Shown: positions 8,931-17,976 of the stretch, in pieces
Numbering within the stretch: the first letter of the stretch is position 1
How the letters are laid out: the number at the start of each line of letters is the position of its first letter
DNA from: Pyrinomonadaceae bacterium
Lineage (GTDB): Bacteria > Acidobacteriota > Blastocatellia > Pyrinomonadales > Pyrinomonadaceae
Length of the DNA stretch: 24,000 bases
Direction of reading: 5' to 3'
Assembly: GCA_963761145.1 (NCBI GenBank)
Contig: CAVXFU010000004.1
Span: forward strand, 533,904-557,903
The notes under the pieces: model-generated
The model's database searches: none
The model's input: only the letters and a program-made list of their open reading frames with translations
Told to the model about the DNA's origin: nothing
Made by a program: the position numbers and the translations under genes

Positions 8931-10772
8931 ATGAAGAAAAGAAAAAAAAGGTTCAGCTTATCGAGAGCGTGGTTTGAAGCGCGGGATTTAGTTTATGTAC
9001 GTTACCGGCTGGCGCTCGGCGGCATTTTGATGCTGATTAGCCGCTTCGCCGGAACGGTTTTGCCCGCTTCGTCGAAATATCTGGTTGACGAAGTTTTCGG
9101 GCAGAAAAATTACGGTTTGCTGAAATGGATCGCGCTCGCGGTCGGGATTTCGACCGTCGTGCAGGCAGTTACTTCATTTACGCTTTCGCAGGTTTTAGGC
9201 GTGGCGGCGCAGCGGGCGATTACGGAAATGCGGAAAAGAGTTCAGGCGCAAATCGAGCGGCTGCCGACTTCGTATTTCGATTCGACGCAGACCGGACAGC
9301 TTATTTCGCGGATTATGAACGACGCGGAAGGCATCCGCAATCTCGTCGGAACCGGTGTCGGGCAAATCGCCAGCGGGCTTTTGGCGGCGATCGTTTCGCT
9401 CGTAGTTTTGTTTTATCTGAACTGGCAGATAACTTTGATTACGCTCGCCGTGCTAATCGTTTTCGGCGTGGTTTTAAGTTACGCTTTCGGCAAATTGCGT
9501 CCGCTGTTTCGTGAACGCGGCAAGATTCAGGCGGAAGTGACCGGACGCTTAAACGAAAGTCTGGGCGGCATTCGAATTGTCAAAGCCTACACCGCCGAAA
9601 AGCGCGAAGAGCTTTCCTTTGCGCGCGGCGCGCATAATCTTTTCCGCAATATCGCCAAATCTTTAACGGGCGTTTCGGCGACGGGCGCGTTTTCGTCGGT
9701 CATCATCGGCGCGGTGGCGATTGTGATGATTTATTTCGGCGGCAGTGCCGTCATCGCCAACGTCGCCAATCCGCAGGCGGGAATGACGGCGGGAGATTTT
9801 GCGATGTATATCGCTTTTACTTTGAATTTGGTTTTTCCGATAGTCGAACTCGCCAACATCGGCACGCAAATCACCGAAGCATTCGCCGGATTAGACAGAA
9901 TTCGCGAAATTTTTCAAATCAAAACCGAAACCGCCGAAGACGAATCGCGCGGTGCGCTGCCCGATGTTCGCGGCACGATTGATTTCGAGGACGTTTATTT
10001 TGAATACGAAGAAAACGCGCCGGTTTTGAAAGGCGTTTCGTTTCATTCCGAAGCGGGAACAACGACCGCGCTGGTCGGATCAAGCGGTTCGGGAAAATCC
10101 ACGATTCTGAATTTGGTTTTAAATTTTATCCAGCCGAACAAAGGCAGAATTACAATTGACGGGCGAGATTTGCAGGCGATCAAACTGCGCGATTACCGGC
10201 AGCATCTCGGCGTGGTTTTGCAGGATAATTTCCTGTTCGACGGCTCGATTTTAGACAACATTCGTTTCTCGAATCCGCAGGCGAGCTTTGAGGAAATAAA
10301 GGAAGTTTGCCGCATCGCGTATTGCGACGAATTCATCGAACGCTTTGAAAACAAATACGATACCATCGTCGGCGAGCGCGGCGTGAAACTTTCCGGCGGT
10401 CAGCGGCAAAGATTGGCAATCGCCAGAGCGTTGCTCGCCGATCCGAAAATTTTGATTCTGGACGAAGCGACTTCCTCGCTTGATTCGGAAAGCGAAGCGT
10501 TGATTCAGGAAGGCTTGAACAACCTGCGAAGAGGTCGCACGACTTTCGTCATCGCGCATCGGCTTTCGACCATCAGAAGCGCGAATAATATTCTCGTCGT
10601 CGAAGCCGGACAAATTGTCGAAAACGGAACGCACGAAGAACTGCTCGCGCTCGGCGGACGCTATCGCCAGCTTTACGACAAACAATATCAATTCGAGAAA
10701 AATCTGTTCATCAATCCGGGCGAAGATTTTATAAAAAACGAAAAAGAAAAACTAAGCGCGACGCGTTTGTAA
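8931..10772 (+). CDS. ABC transporter, fused permease/ATP-binding exporter (MsbA / multidrug type)
   Basis: 613-aa ORF with an N-terminal six-helix TMD. It has Walker A 'GSSGSGKST', signature 'LSGGQRQRLAIARA', Walker B 'ILILDEATSSLD' and H-loop 'VIAHRLST'. Confidence 0.93.
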   Translation: MKKRKKRFSLSRAWFEARDLVYVRYRLALGGILMLISRFAGTVLPASSKYLVDEVFGQKNYGLLKWIALAVGISTVVQAVTSFTLSQVLGVAAQRAITEMRKRVQAQIERLPTSYFDSTQTGQLISRIMNDAEGIRNLVGTGVGQIASGLLAAIVSLVVLFYLNWQITLITLAVLIVFGVVLSYAFGKLRPLFRERGKIQAEVTGRLNESLGGIRIVKAYTAEKREELSFARGAHNLFRNIAKSLTGVSATGAFSSVIIGAVAIVMIYFGGSAVIANVANPQAGMTAGDFAMYIAFTLNLVFPIVELANIGTQITEAFAGLDRIREIFQIKTETAEDESRGALPDVRGTIDFEDVYFEYEENAPVLKGVSFHSEAGTTTALVGSSGSGKSTILNLVLNFIQPNKGRITIDGRDLQAIKLRDYRQHLGVVLQDNFLFDGSILDNIRFSNPQASFEEIKEVCRIAYCDEFIERFENKYDTIVGERGVKLSGGQRQRLAIARALLADPKILILDEATSSLDSESEALIQEGLNNLRRGRTTFVIAHRLSTIRSANNILVVEAGQIVENGTHEELLALGGRYRQLYDKQYQFEKNLFINPGEDFIKNEKEKLSATRL

Positions 10773-10869
10773 TTTCATAAGCAAGAGCCGCAAACATTGT
10801 GAACTGAAAATATTTTGAGCCTTGTTTATCGGCTGTCAGATTGTTTCGGAGCGGAAAATAATATCCGGC

Positions 10870-10912
10870 AAAAAAAGAGCGGACGATTAAATTAATCGTC
10901 CGCTCTTTTTTC
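10870..10912. terminator. Bidirectional Rho-independent terminator between convergent genes
   Basis: Perfect palindrome GAGCGGACGATTAA-A-TTAATCGTCCGCTC (10877-10905), flanked by an A-run (10870-10876) and a T-run (10906-10911). It would terminate both the ABC gene and the 1251-aa gene. Confidence 0.85.
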
Positions 10913-10932
10913 AAAATCTGTTCAGCAAACGT

Positions 10933-13900
10933 TCATTCCGCCGGTGTCGTCGTCGCAGCCGTTTTCGGGAAAGGCAAACTGAGCAGATGACCTTGATAAA
11001 CAAAATAAATCTTGCCCGCGTCAATCCACATCTGCATCGTGTCAAAGGAAATTTGCGGGATTTTCACGAGCGGTTTGAAGCTCAGCGTTTTTACGTTATA
11101 CACGCCGACCTGTGTGTTGTCGGAAGTGTCGGGAATCGCCGCCCAAAATTCGTCGGGTTTTCCCGTCGGCTGAAGCGGGCGATAAGTTTGCTGGGCGAGC
11201 GGGCGAACTTCGCCTTTCGCTTTTTGAATCGCGCCGGTCTCGGGATCGAGAAAGTAAAATTCACCGTCACGGCTGGTATAATCTTCCGTTTCTTCGCCTT
11301 CATATTCGCTATAATTGCCGCCGAACAAAAGAACTTTATTGGTCGTCGGAATGAATGCGACGCTTTCGACAAGCGGATGTTCCTCGAAATTGATAACTGA
11401 TTCCTTGTTTGTTTGCAGATTAATTTTAACCAGTTGTCTGCCGGCTTCCTCGTCGTAATGCGTCGCAATCAGCCAGCGACCGTTTGCCGTGACGAGCGGT
11501 TTGTCATAGTAACCTTCGCGGAGTTTAAGTGCGCGTCCGCCGCTGATTTTGTATAAACCCTGACTGTCGCTTCTGATTTCAAACGCCGCCGTTCGCGCTT
11601 TCCACTGCTGATTATTGGCGCGAACCGCCGCGCCGTCCGGTTTCGGCAAAAAATCAATGCCGTTCGGCTGCTGCGCAGTTCCGGCAAGCGCGTTTCCGGC
11701 GAATTTATTCCACGAATAATTTTCATATTCACGCTGTTCGCGCCGCTTTTGCCGTTCCGCTTCGAGTTTTTCGTATTTGCTGTAATCTTCTTCGTTTTCG
11801 ACGGCGCCGAGACGTTCTTCGTCAGATTCTTCCTGCTGTTCGATTTCCTTATCAATTTCCTTTCGGCGAGCCTGATTATTGATCAGAACGCGAAAATCGT
11901 CGCCGATTTTCCAAACGGCTTCGGCTTGCATATTTTCGTTTTCAAAAAGAATCTCCAAGCCCGGAACGCCTGTTTCCAGCCAGTAATGCAGTTTCGCGGG
12001 CGGCTGGCGCATTTCTACAAAAATCTGTTCGAGACCGACGAAAAACTTCGGTTTCGAATCGCTCAGGTTAAAGACGCGCCGACCGCCTTGCCGACCGAGC
12101 ATTAAAAGTTCCTTGCCTTCGCAATCATTTTCGCAATCGGATAAAAACGGCGGCAGTTCATTGACTCGTTCAGAACTCAGATAGCTTTTTAAATTGTCGA
12201 ATTCCGCGCTTTCCAGTTCGCGCTCGCGGTAACGCGCTTTGTCTTCCTGCCAACTGAAAACGGCTTTATCTTTGTAAATCCGCACGAAATTATCCGCGTA
12301 TGCGTAAACGCCCAGAAGTTCCCGATTTTCCCTGACTTCTTTTTGCAGATGCTTTTCAGTAGTTTCCAAATCGCTTGAGACACCGGCATAAATATAATAA
12401 CTCGCGTTCGACAAAGTGTTATTTACGCTGGCGAAAAGCGCGGGCAGATACTGGCTGCCGTTATCTGTCGAAAGGCTCGTTCCGAAATAAGTTCGCGCAC
12501 CGAGAACGAGTGCTTCGTTCGGGTGAAGCGAAAGCACAATTTGTCTGGCTTCGGGCGAATCTTCGGAAATCAGATAATTTTCCGCCGCCGCTGCCAGCAT
12601 TTTATTCGGGCTTTTCAGATTTGCCGCGACTGTTCGTACAGGAAGATTGGCGCGAATCAAGCGCGCACAACTGAGCATCGCGGTTTTCGCCTCGACATTA
12701 TCGCCCGCCAAAATCGCATCGTAATCGCTGTTGTCTTCAATCAGACACGCGCCGATGCCGAGCGCGATTGCACTTCCGCCGCGCACGTCATTTACGTCAT
12801 TCCATTGTTTTTCGCGCAACTCTTTTCGCAAACTCAAAAGTTTAACGACCGAATCCGCGTCGGCTTTATTGGTTTTCAAATCCTGAAGCAGCAGACGATT
12901 GATCGCCGCGCCGTTCCAGTTCTGCATAATCTTTCGCAGACCGGCAGCGAGCGGCGGATCTTTTTTATCCAGAACGCTGATGCGGTCAATCAACGCCGTT
13001 ACCAATTCTTCTTCGGCATCCTGCTGACTGATAAGCTGCATTCCGAGCAGCGGTTTGATGTCCGACGGATTGAACGGGCGATTAATGCTGTCGCCGTTGC
13101 TCATCATCATATTGCTGTTCATCGCCATTACCGTCGCGACGCGCGGCGGCGGTGACATCCCTACATTGAACGGATTTTCCGTGCTTGACACATTACTCAT
13201 CATATTGCCGTTAGAATCCGACGGCTGACCGTAATTTCTCGCCACCGATTCGAGAGCCTCGATTTGTTCGCCGACTCCGAAACCGTGTGAAACGAGAATC
13301 GCCTGCACGACACTGCTGCGCATCCATTCTTCGACCTGCGGCAGAACCATCCGCAGAGCCGTCACCGCGCGAACGTCTTTTTGCTTCGCTAACGCCGCAA
13401 TAGCTTCGTCCCGATACGGGTAATAATCAATCGTTGTTGTGGTACCTCGCACTATCGGTCGGTTCATACTCATCGAATTGGACATCGCCGACGTGTCAAC
13501 TTCCTGCGTCTGCTTCTCGTTCAGCATCGCAATCAAACCCGGCACGCTTTCCGGTATTTCAAATTCTCGCAATGCACTGACCAATTGCCGTCGTTCACTG
13601 CTCGTCTCCTTCGCCCAGGTCGGATTATCGAGCCACGGCAGCAGAGCTTCGACGACTTCGCGGTGTTTGTCGTCGAGCAGAGTCGAAAGATTTTTTACTG
13701 CCGCACTGCGCACGACCGCGCTTGAACTTCTCGTTAACTCGATCATTTTCGCTATGTATTTGTCCGACGGCGAATGATTCAGAAGCGTCGTTAAACCCGT
13801 ATAACTTGTGCCGTTGACGCGCAAATCGTGCAGAGTTTCATCCTCTAACAGCGTGTAATACCAATCGTCGCGCCCTTCAAAATCGCCGCTTTCGACCAGT

Positions 13901-14688
13901 GCGTCCATCGCCAGATCACGATTGCCGGGTTTGTTCGATTTGGTTTCGACCGTCTGCTGTAATTCTTTTCGGTATCTGTCAGCGTCAATCGAATCTTTTT
14001 GACGCATCGCGTGGTCGTAAAATGCCCAGCGCGCCAAAGTTTGCGAAACCGGCTGGGTCGCGTCGTTGAGCATTCTTTCCAAAATCGGACGCGCCCTGTC
14101 CCAATCAACCCGCGCCAGAGCCAGCACTTCTTCCTGATTGCTGACATATTCGTTGGTGTCGCCTGCTCGCTCGGCAACTTTGACGAGTTCGTCGCTGAAA
14201 TACGGCGAATTATAGGTCAGCCAGCGTTTGACCGAATCACGCCATTCACGTTCGTATTTTTTGTCGGACATTTCGCGGTCGTAAAGCCGCTTGACCGTTT
14301 CTACGCCGCCCGGTTTTCCGGCAAAAGCGTTGAGCAGGCTCGGCAGTTTTTCAGGATTGTTTTCTACTTCGGCGGTCAGTCGTTCAAGCGTTCGGTCTGA
14401 AGGGTCAGGTGTGTATGAAAATTTCTGATTATAATTATTAATGTTCTGCCAGTAAGCGACCAAATCATCAATCGCCACATCGTCCGGCGGCGGCTTATCT
14501 TTACTAAATGCCGTGTTCGCGTTAATTCGCGGATTACTAACGACAAAAGGGTTCGGCGGCGGCGGCGCAGGCAAACTGAGCAGAGTTTCCAGAAGGCTTT
14601 TCTCGGCGCGTGTCGTCGGGAGAAAGACGAACAATCCGAACAACAACAGGAACGTACATAAAGCGACAGCAGATAAAAATCTTTTCAT
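10933..14688 (-). CDS. Large secreted hypothetical protein (signal peptide, HEAT/ARM-like helical repeats, acidic coiled coil, C-terminal beta-rich region)
   Basis: 1251-aa uninterrupted ORF with GGAG 11 nt upstream of the ATG. The signal peptide is 'MKRFLSAVALCTFLLLFGLFVFLPTTRA'. HEAT-like stretches include 'AVVRSAAVKNLSTLLDD' and 'RDEAIAALAKQKDVRAVTALRMVL'. A charged segment reads 'EIEQQEESDEERLGAVENEEDYSKYEKLEAERQKRREQRE'. The last ~250 aa look like beta-propeller blades. I recognise no catalytic motif. Confidence 0.85.
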   Translation of the reverse strand: MKRFLSAVALCTFLLLFGLFVFLPTTRAEKSLLETLLSLPAPPPPNPFVVSNPRINANTAFSKDKPPPDDVAIDDLVAYWQNINNYNQKFSYTPDPSDRTLERLTAEVENNPEKLPSLLNAFAGKPGGVETVKRLYDREMSDKKYEREWRDSVKRWLTYNSPYFSDELVKVAERAGDTNEYVSNQEEVLALARVDWDRARPILERMLNDATQPVSQTLARWAFYDHAMRQKDSIDADRYRKELQQTVETKSNKPGNRDLAMDALVESGDFEGRDDWYYTLLEDETLHDLRVNGTSYTGLTTLLNHSPSDKYIAKMIELTRSSSAVVRSAAVKNLSTLLDDKHREVVEALLPWLDNPTWAKETSSERRQLVSALREFEIPESVPGLIAMLNEKQTQEVDTSAMSNSMSMNRPIVRGTTTTIDYYPYRDEAIAALAKQKDVRAVTALRMVLPQVEEWMRSSVVQAILVSHGFGVGEQIEALESVARNYGQPSDSNGNMMSNVSSTENPFNVGMSPPPRVATVMAMNSNMMMSNGDSINRPFNPSDIKPLLGMQLISQQDAEEELVTALIDRISVLDKKDPPLAAGLRKIMQNWNGAAINRLLLQDLKTNKADADSVVKLLSLRKELREKQWNDVNDVRGGSAIALGIGACLIEDNSDYDAILAGDNVEAKTAMLSCARLIRANLPVRTVAANLKSPNKMLAAAAENYLISEDSPEARQIVLSLHPNEALVLGARTYFGTSLSTDNGSQYLPALFASVNNTLSNASYYIYAGVSSDLETTEKHLQKEVRENRELLGVYAYADNFVRIYKDKAVFSWQEDKARYRERELESAEFDNLKSYLSSERVNELPPFLSDCENDCEGKELLMLGRQGGRRVFNLSDSKPKFFVGLEQIFVEMRQPPAKLHYWLETGVPGLEILFENENMQAEAVWKIGDDFRVLINNQARRKEIDKEIEQQEESDEERLGAVENEEDYSKYEKLEAERQKRREQREYENYSWNKFAGNALAGTAQQPNGIDFLPKPDGAAVRANNQQWKARTAAFEIRSDSQGLYKISGGRALKLREGYYDKPLVTANGRWLIATHYDEEAGRQLVKINLQTNKESVINFEEHPLVESVAFIPTTNKVLLFGGNYSEYEGEETEDYTSRDGEFYFLDPETGAIQKAKGEVRPLAQQTYRPLQPTGKPDEFWAAIPDTSDNTQVGVYNVKTLSFKPLVKIPQISFDTMQMWIDAGKIYFVYQGHLLSLPFPKTAATTTPAE

Positions 14689-15163
14689 ATTAAAACAAAA
14701 CTCCTGATGCAGAGATTTGAACTTATTGGACGCAAAAAAGCAACAGTTTTTTCACTAGCACGAACTAAAATTTTCACAATAAACGAAAATTTGCGAAAAC
14801 CTTGCAAATTATTTCGACAGTAGAGGTTTATTTCGCGTTAAAGTGTTATTTTATAGATTAAAACAAAGCCACTTGAGATGCCGACCGCAAAGATTTTACT
14901 TGCTACGCCGAACCGAACTGGTTTGTTGTTATTCTAATTTGCTTTTCCTCAAATGTTAGTTTATGACGCAGTTATAGAGCATGTTGACTTACAAAATGCT
15001 AGTTTTCAATGCTCACTTTGTTACAACTTACGACAACAAAATGATAATAATAGCAAATGGTCTGACGAGATTTTAAATATCGCGTAGCCGACGCGCAACT
15101 TTGTCAGCGGACGGACTATTTCAATCGCGGACGCGCAAATTCACGCGCGGCTGAACGACGTTG

Positions 15164-15198
15164 AAAAAGCCCTGCGAGATCTCGCAGGGCTTTTATTT
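15164..15198 (-). terminator. Rho-independent terminator (bidirectional in form) downstream of the radical SAM gene
   Basis: Perfect palindrome GCCCTGCGAG-AT-CTCGCAGGGC (15169-15190), flanked by AAAAA (15164-15168) and TTTTATTT (15191-15198). It lies about 20 nt beyond the stop at 15214. Confidence 0.85.
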
Positions 15199-15213
15199 AA
15201 TTTTGATTGACGC

Positions 15214-17244
15214 TTATGCTTTAAGCCCCGAATCTTCTTTTTTGGTGCGTTTGATGCCGCCGATTTGGACGAGGCTTTCGCCTTTGATGCCGTTTTTCTC
15301 CATCAACATTTGGTTGTAGAGTTTTTTCATCATCTGCATTTCTTCAGCAGCGGTTTTCGGTCCTTCCATTTCCGGTTTGTTCGGACGCGCAAGGTCAACC
15401 GTATTCAGATTCAGGTTGTGTCCGGCTTCGTCTAAGCTGACTTCTTTACCGCGAGCGAAAACTTCGTGGCGACCCTGTTCTTTATACCACTGCGCGACCG
15501 TTGCATTCTGGTGCATATGTTCGATGATATTTCTCCAACCGATGCCCGTGTTGTAGGCGCAGAAGGAAATTTCGCCTTCCTGCGTGCCGTAGGGAATGAT
15601 GCACATTTCGGTGCGTCGGAAATCATAATTGAACAAATCCTGAAACCACATTCCAGCGATGAAAAGGAAATTCCAGGGGTCTTTGCGGCGTTTCTCGATG
15701 TCTTCCGCCGTGCGCGTTCCGTCAACTTTACCGTAATCTTTGCCCGACAAACCGAACGATTTATCGAATTTCGCAAAGATACCGGCAAGCGTCAAACTTT
15801 TCGGCGCGCCATACGGATTGTAGTTTTTCAAAAGAGCCAAGCCCATCATCATATTGGAAAACCATTTGCCGCGAGCCGTGTCGGTGATATGCTGCATATC
15901 TTTGACCAAGCCCTGAATGTTCAAAAATTGCGGCACCGGAGCCATTTCTTTCGTTTCTTTGTTGACCATCACGGCAGTTCCGACTCCGCAGTTCGGATGA
16001 CAGCCGCAGGAAACTTGTCCCCATTCGGAATCTTCACCGTGAACAACGTCCGCGAAATCCGCAAACGCGCCCATCAACGAAAGCGGGAACCAATCGCGCG
16101 TCGGTTCAGTAATGCCGACCTGCGATTGAACGTCCAAAGCCAGATGCGAAAGCGTATAACGTTGCTGTAAACGTCTCTGTTCGGTAATATGCTCATCGCG
16201 TCCGGTAAACGAAACGGGTTGAAATGACACAAATGAGATTTTCTTCGGATTTTCCAGAGCAAAACGAATAATAGTTCCTACCTGATCGTTGTTCACGCCG
16301 TTCACCAATGTTGTTACAAGAACAATATCAACGCCCGCTTCGTGCAGATTATTGATTGCTTTTAGTTTGACATCGAAAAGATTGCCGACTTGACGATGCG
16401 AGTTTGCATCGTTGCCGATGCCGTCAAATTGCAGATAAACGAAACGAAGTCCGGCTTCGGCGGCTTCGCGGCAGAATTCCTTCGATTTCGCAAACTCAAT
16501 TCCGTTGGTCGCGGCTTGCACCGAGTTATAACCGACTTTACGCGCGTAACGAATTGATTCTAAAAAGTAAGGCGAAAGCGTCGGCTCACCACCTGAATAC
16601 TGCACCGACATTTGACGACGCGGCTTAATCGAAATAGCGTTATCAAGAATTTCCGAAACATCTTCCATTGAAAGCTCGTGAACGAATCCGACCTGGTTCG
16701 CGTCCATAAAACACGGGTCGCACATCATATTGCAGCGGTTTGTCAAGTCAACCGTTAACACCGCGCCGCGTCCGTATTTAATCGTCGAAGAGCCGTGATT
16801 GTGCAGTTTTTCGTCGTTGTGCGCCTGAATGTCGCGTCCGGGAAACAAAGATTCGATGTGCTGCAAAAACTTCGAGTCAATCGCCATTAAATCTTCAAAA
16901 TGCCCGTGCGTCGGACAATCCTTAATCATCCAGATTTCACCGTCGCGTTCAATAATCTGCGCTTTGATTTCGCCGACTTTCTCGTTAACCAGAAGCGAAA
17001 CGTCCTGCTTGCCGCTTAAAATGTCTTCGCGTGCCTCAATGACACAGTTCGGGCAGAGTGAATCGGTCGTGCGCGGAAATCCAAGCGTCGGTTTCGTCTT
17101 CTGCCAAGATTTAAGTAATGGTTTATCCGACCATTTCGGAATAAAAGATGCGTTCGGTTTAAATTGATTGACAGATTTGACAGCTTTAAATGCGCCGCCG
17201 GCAATGTATGTTAAGCCTTTTTCAAGGTGTTTGATTGGTCTCAT
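15214..17244 (-). CDS. Radical SAM enzyme, Tes / GDGT-MAS-like (candidate membrane-spanning lipid synthase)
   Basis: The ORF runs to TTG 17265, but ATG 17244 is preceded by GGAGAAGG, giving 676 aa. It has an N-terminal Cys-pair ribbon ('SLCPNC' ... 'DCPTHGHFEDL') and the radical SAM motif 'CNMMCDPC' (CX3CX2C). Extra Cys motifs are 'VSCGCHPNCG' and 'ISFCAYNTGIGW'. The radical SAM call is firm; the Tes-like subfamily is inferred from size and the N-terminal pattern. Confidence 0.85.
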   Translation of the reverse strand: MRPIKHLEKGLTYIAGGAFKAVKSVNQFKPNASFIPKWSDKPLLKSWQKTKPTLGFPRTTDSLCPNCVIEAREDILSGKQDVSLLVNEKVGEIKAQIIERDGEIWMIKDCPTHGHFEDLMAIDSKFLQHIESLFPGRDIQAHNDEKLHNHGSSTIKYGRGAVLTVDLTNRCNMMCDPCFMDANQVGFVHELSMEDVSEILDNAISIKPRRQMSVQYSGGEPTLSPYFLESIRYARKVGYNSVQAATNGIEFAKSKEFCREAAEAGLRFVYLQFDGIGNDANSHRQVGNLFDVKLKAINNLHEAGVDIVLVTTLVNGVNNDQVGTIIRFALENPKKISFVSFQPVSFTGRDEHITEQRRLQQRYTLSHLALDVQSQVGITEPTRDWFPLSLMGAFADFADVVHGEDSEWGQVSCGCHPNCGVGTAVMVNKETKEMAPVPQFLNIQGLVKDMQHITDTARGKWFSNMMMGLALLKNYNPYGAPKSLTLAGIFAKFDKSFGLSGKDYGKVDGTRTAEDIEKRRKDPWNFLFIAGMWFQDLFNYDFRRTEMCIIPYGTQEGEISFCAYNTGIGWRNIIEHMHQNATVAQWYKEQGRHEVFARGKEVSLDEAGHNLNLNTVDLARPNKPEMEGPKTAAEEMQMMKKLYNQMLMEKNGIKGESLVQIGGIKRTKKEDSGLKA

Positions 17245-17976
17245 AAGAATTATTTCCTTCTCCAAAATTAAATTTTTATAAATTACGGAGTTTTTATTTT
17301 TTCAGTGAAAATCGTATAACTTTAAGATTTCGTAAATATAGAGTGAATAAAATTTGCAGTTTTAATCTGGCAAAACTCCGTCCGCTGTTATCTGATTAAA
17401 TGAATAGCAAAAACGATGCCATCATAATGATATTTGTAATTTAGTCTCTATAAAGGCTTTAAATAGATAATTTATAAAAGTTTGAGGAAAGAAGTTTGTG
17501 GCAAGATGACTCACAAAGACAAAGAAAAAGTAATGAGGTTATTTTGACACACTTGTGAAAGTTTAATTGCAACCATATCGGTCAGAGTATTTATTGATCA
17601 TATGCGATGTTAAGCAGTAGTTTAATATTAGATTCTGCCTGTGGAAATAATTCACTCAAGGAATGTCTTATTTTACAGGCACTTCAGCAAAATATAAATA
17701 AAATGCGGATTTCCGTTCACTAATTGTTCACTTTTAAGCACGATGCTTATTTTATACTTTAGCAATCGCTCTCAAACTATTGGGATAAAAGGTTTTAGAG
17801 TTTCAAGCTTTTTTCTTTACATAAAGAAAAACATTATGATAAATTCGATTTCACCTTAAGAGGAAATGAACATTGTTTCCTTTCTGTTTTCAAAGCACAA
17901 AGTTTTTACACAGTATAAATTGGATTTAAGAATTTAGAAAATATAGTTCTAAATAATTGTTTCTCGAAATATTTTT

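Noticed and set aside
15088-15210. Coding-looking open frame 'PTRNFVSGRTISIADAQIHARLNDVEKALRDLAGLLFNFD*' downstream of the radical SAM gene
   Set aside because: It has no start codon after the in-frame TAG at 15085-87. It is only 40 codons long and its 3' half is the terminator hairpin. It could be a gene remnant, but that cannot be supported from sequence alone.
17285-17381. 10-bp inverted repeat ACGGAGTTTT / AAAACTCCGT in the radical SAM leader, considered as a possible riboswitch or anti-SD switch
   Set aside because: A 10-bp match within about 100 nt is expected by chance a few times in a window of this size, and more often in AT-rich DNA. Pairing with the SD sequence would be only 4-5 bp. 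I recognise no known riboswitch core.
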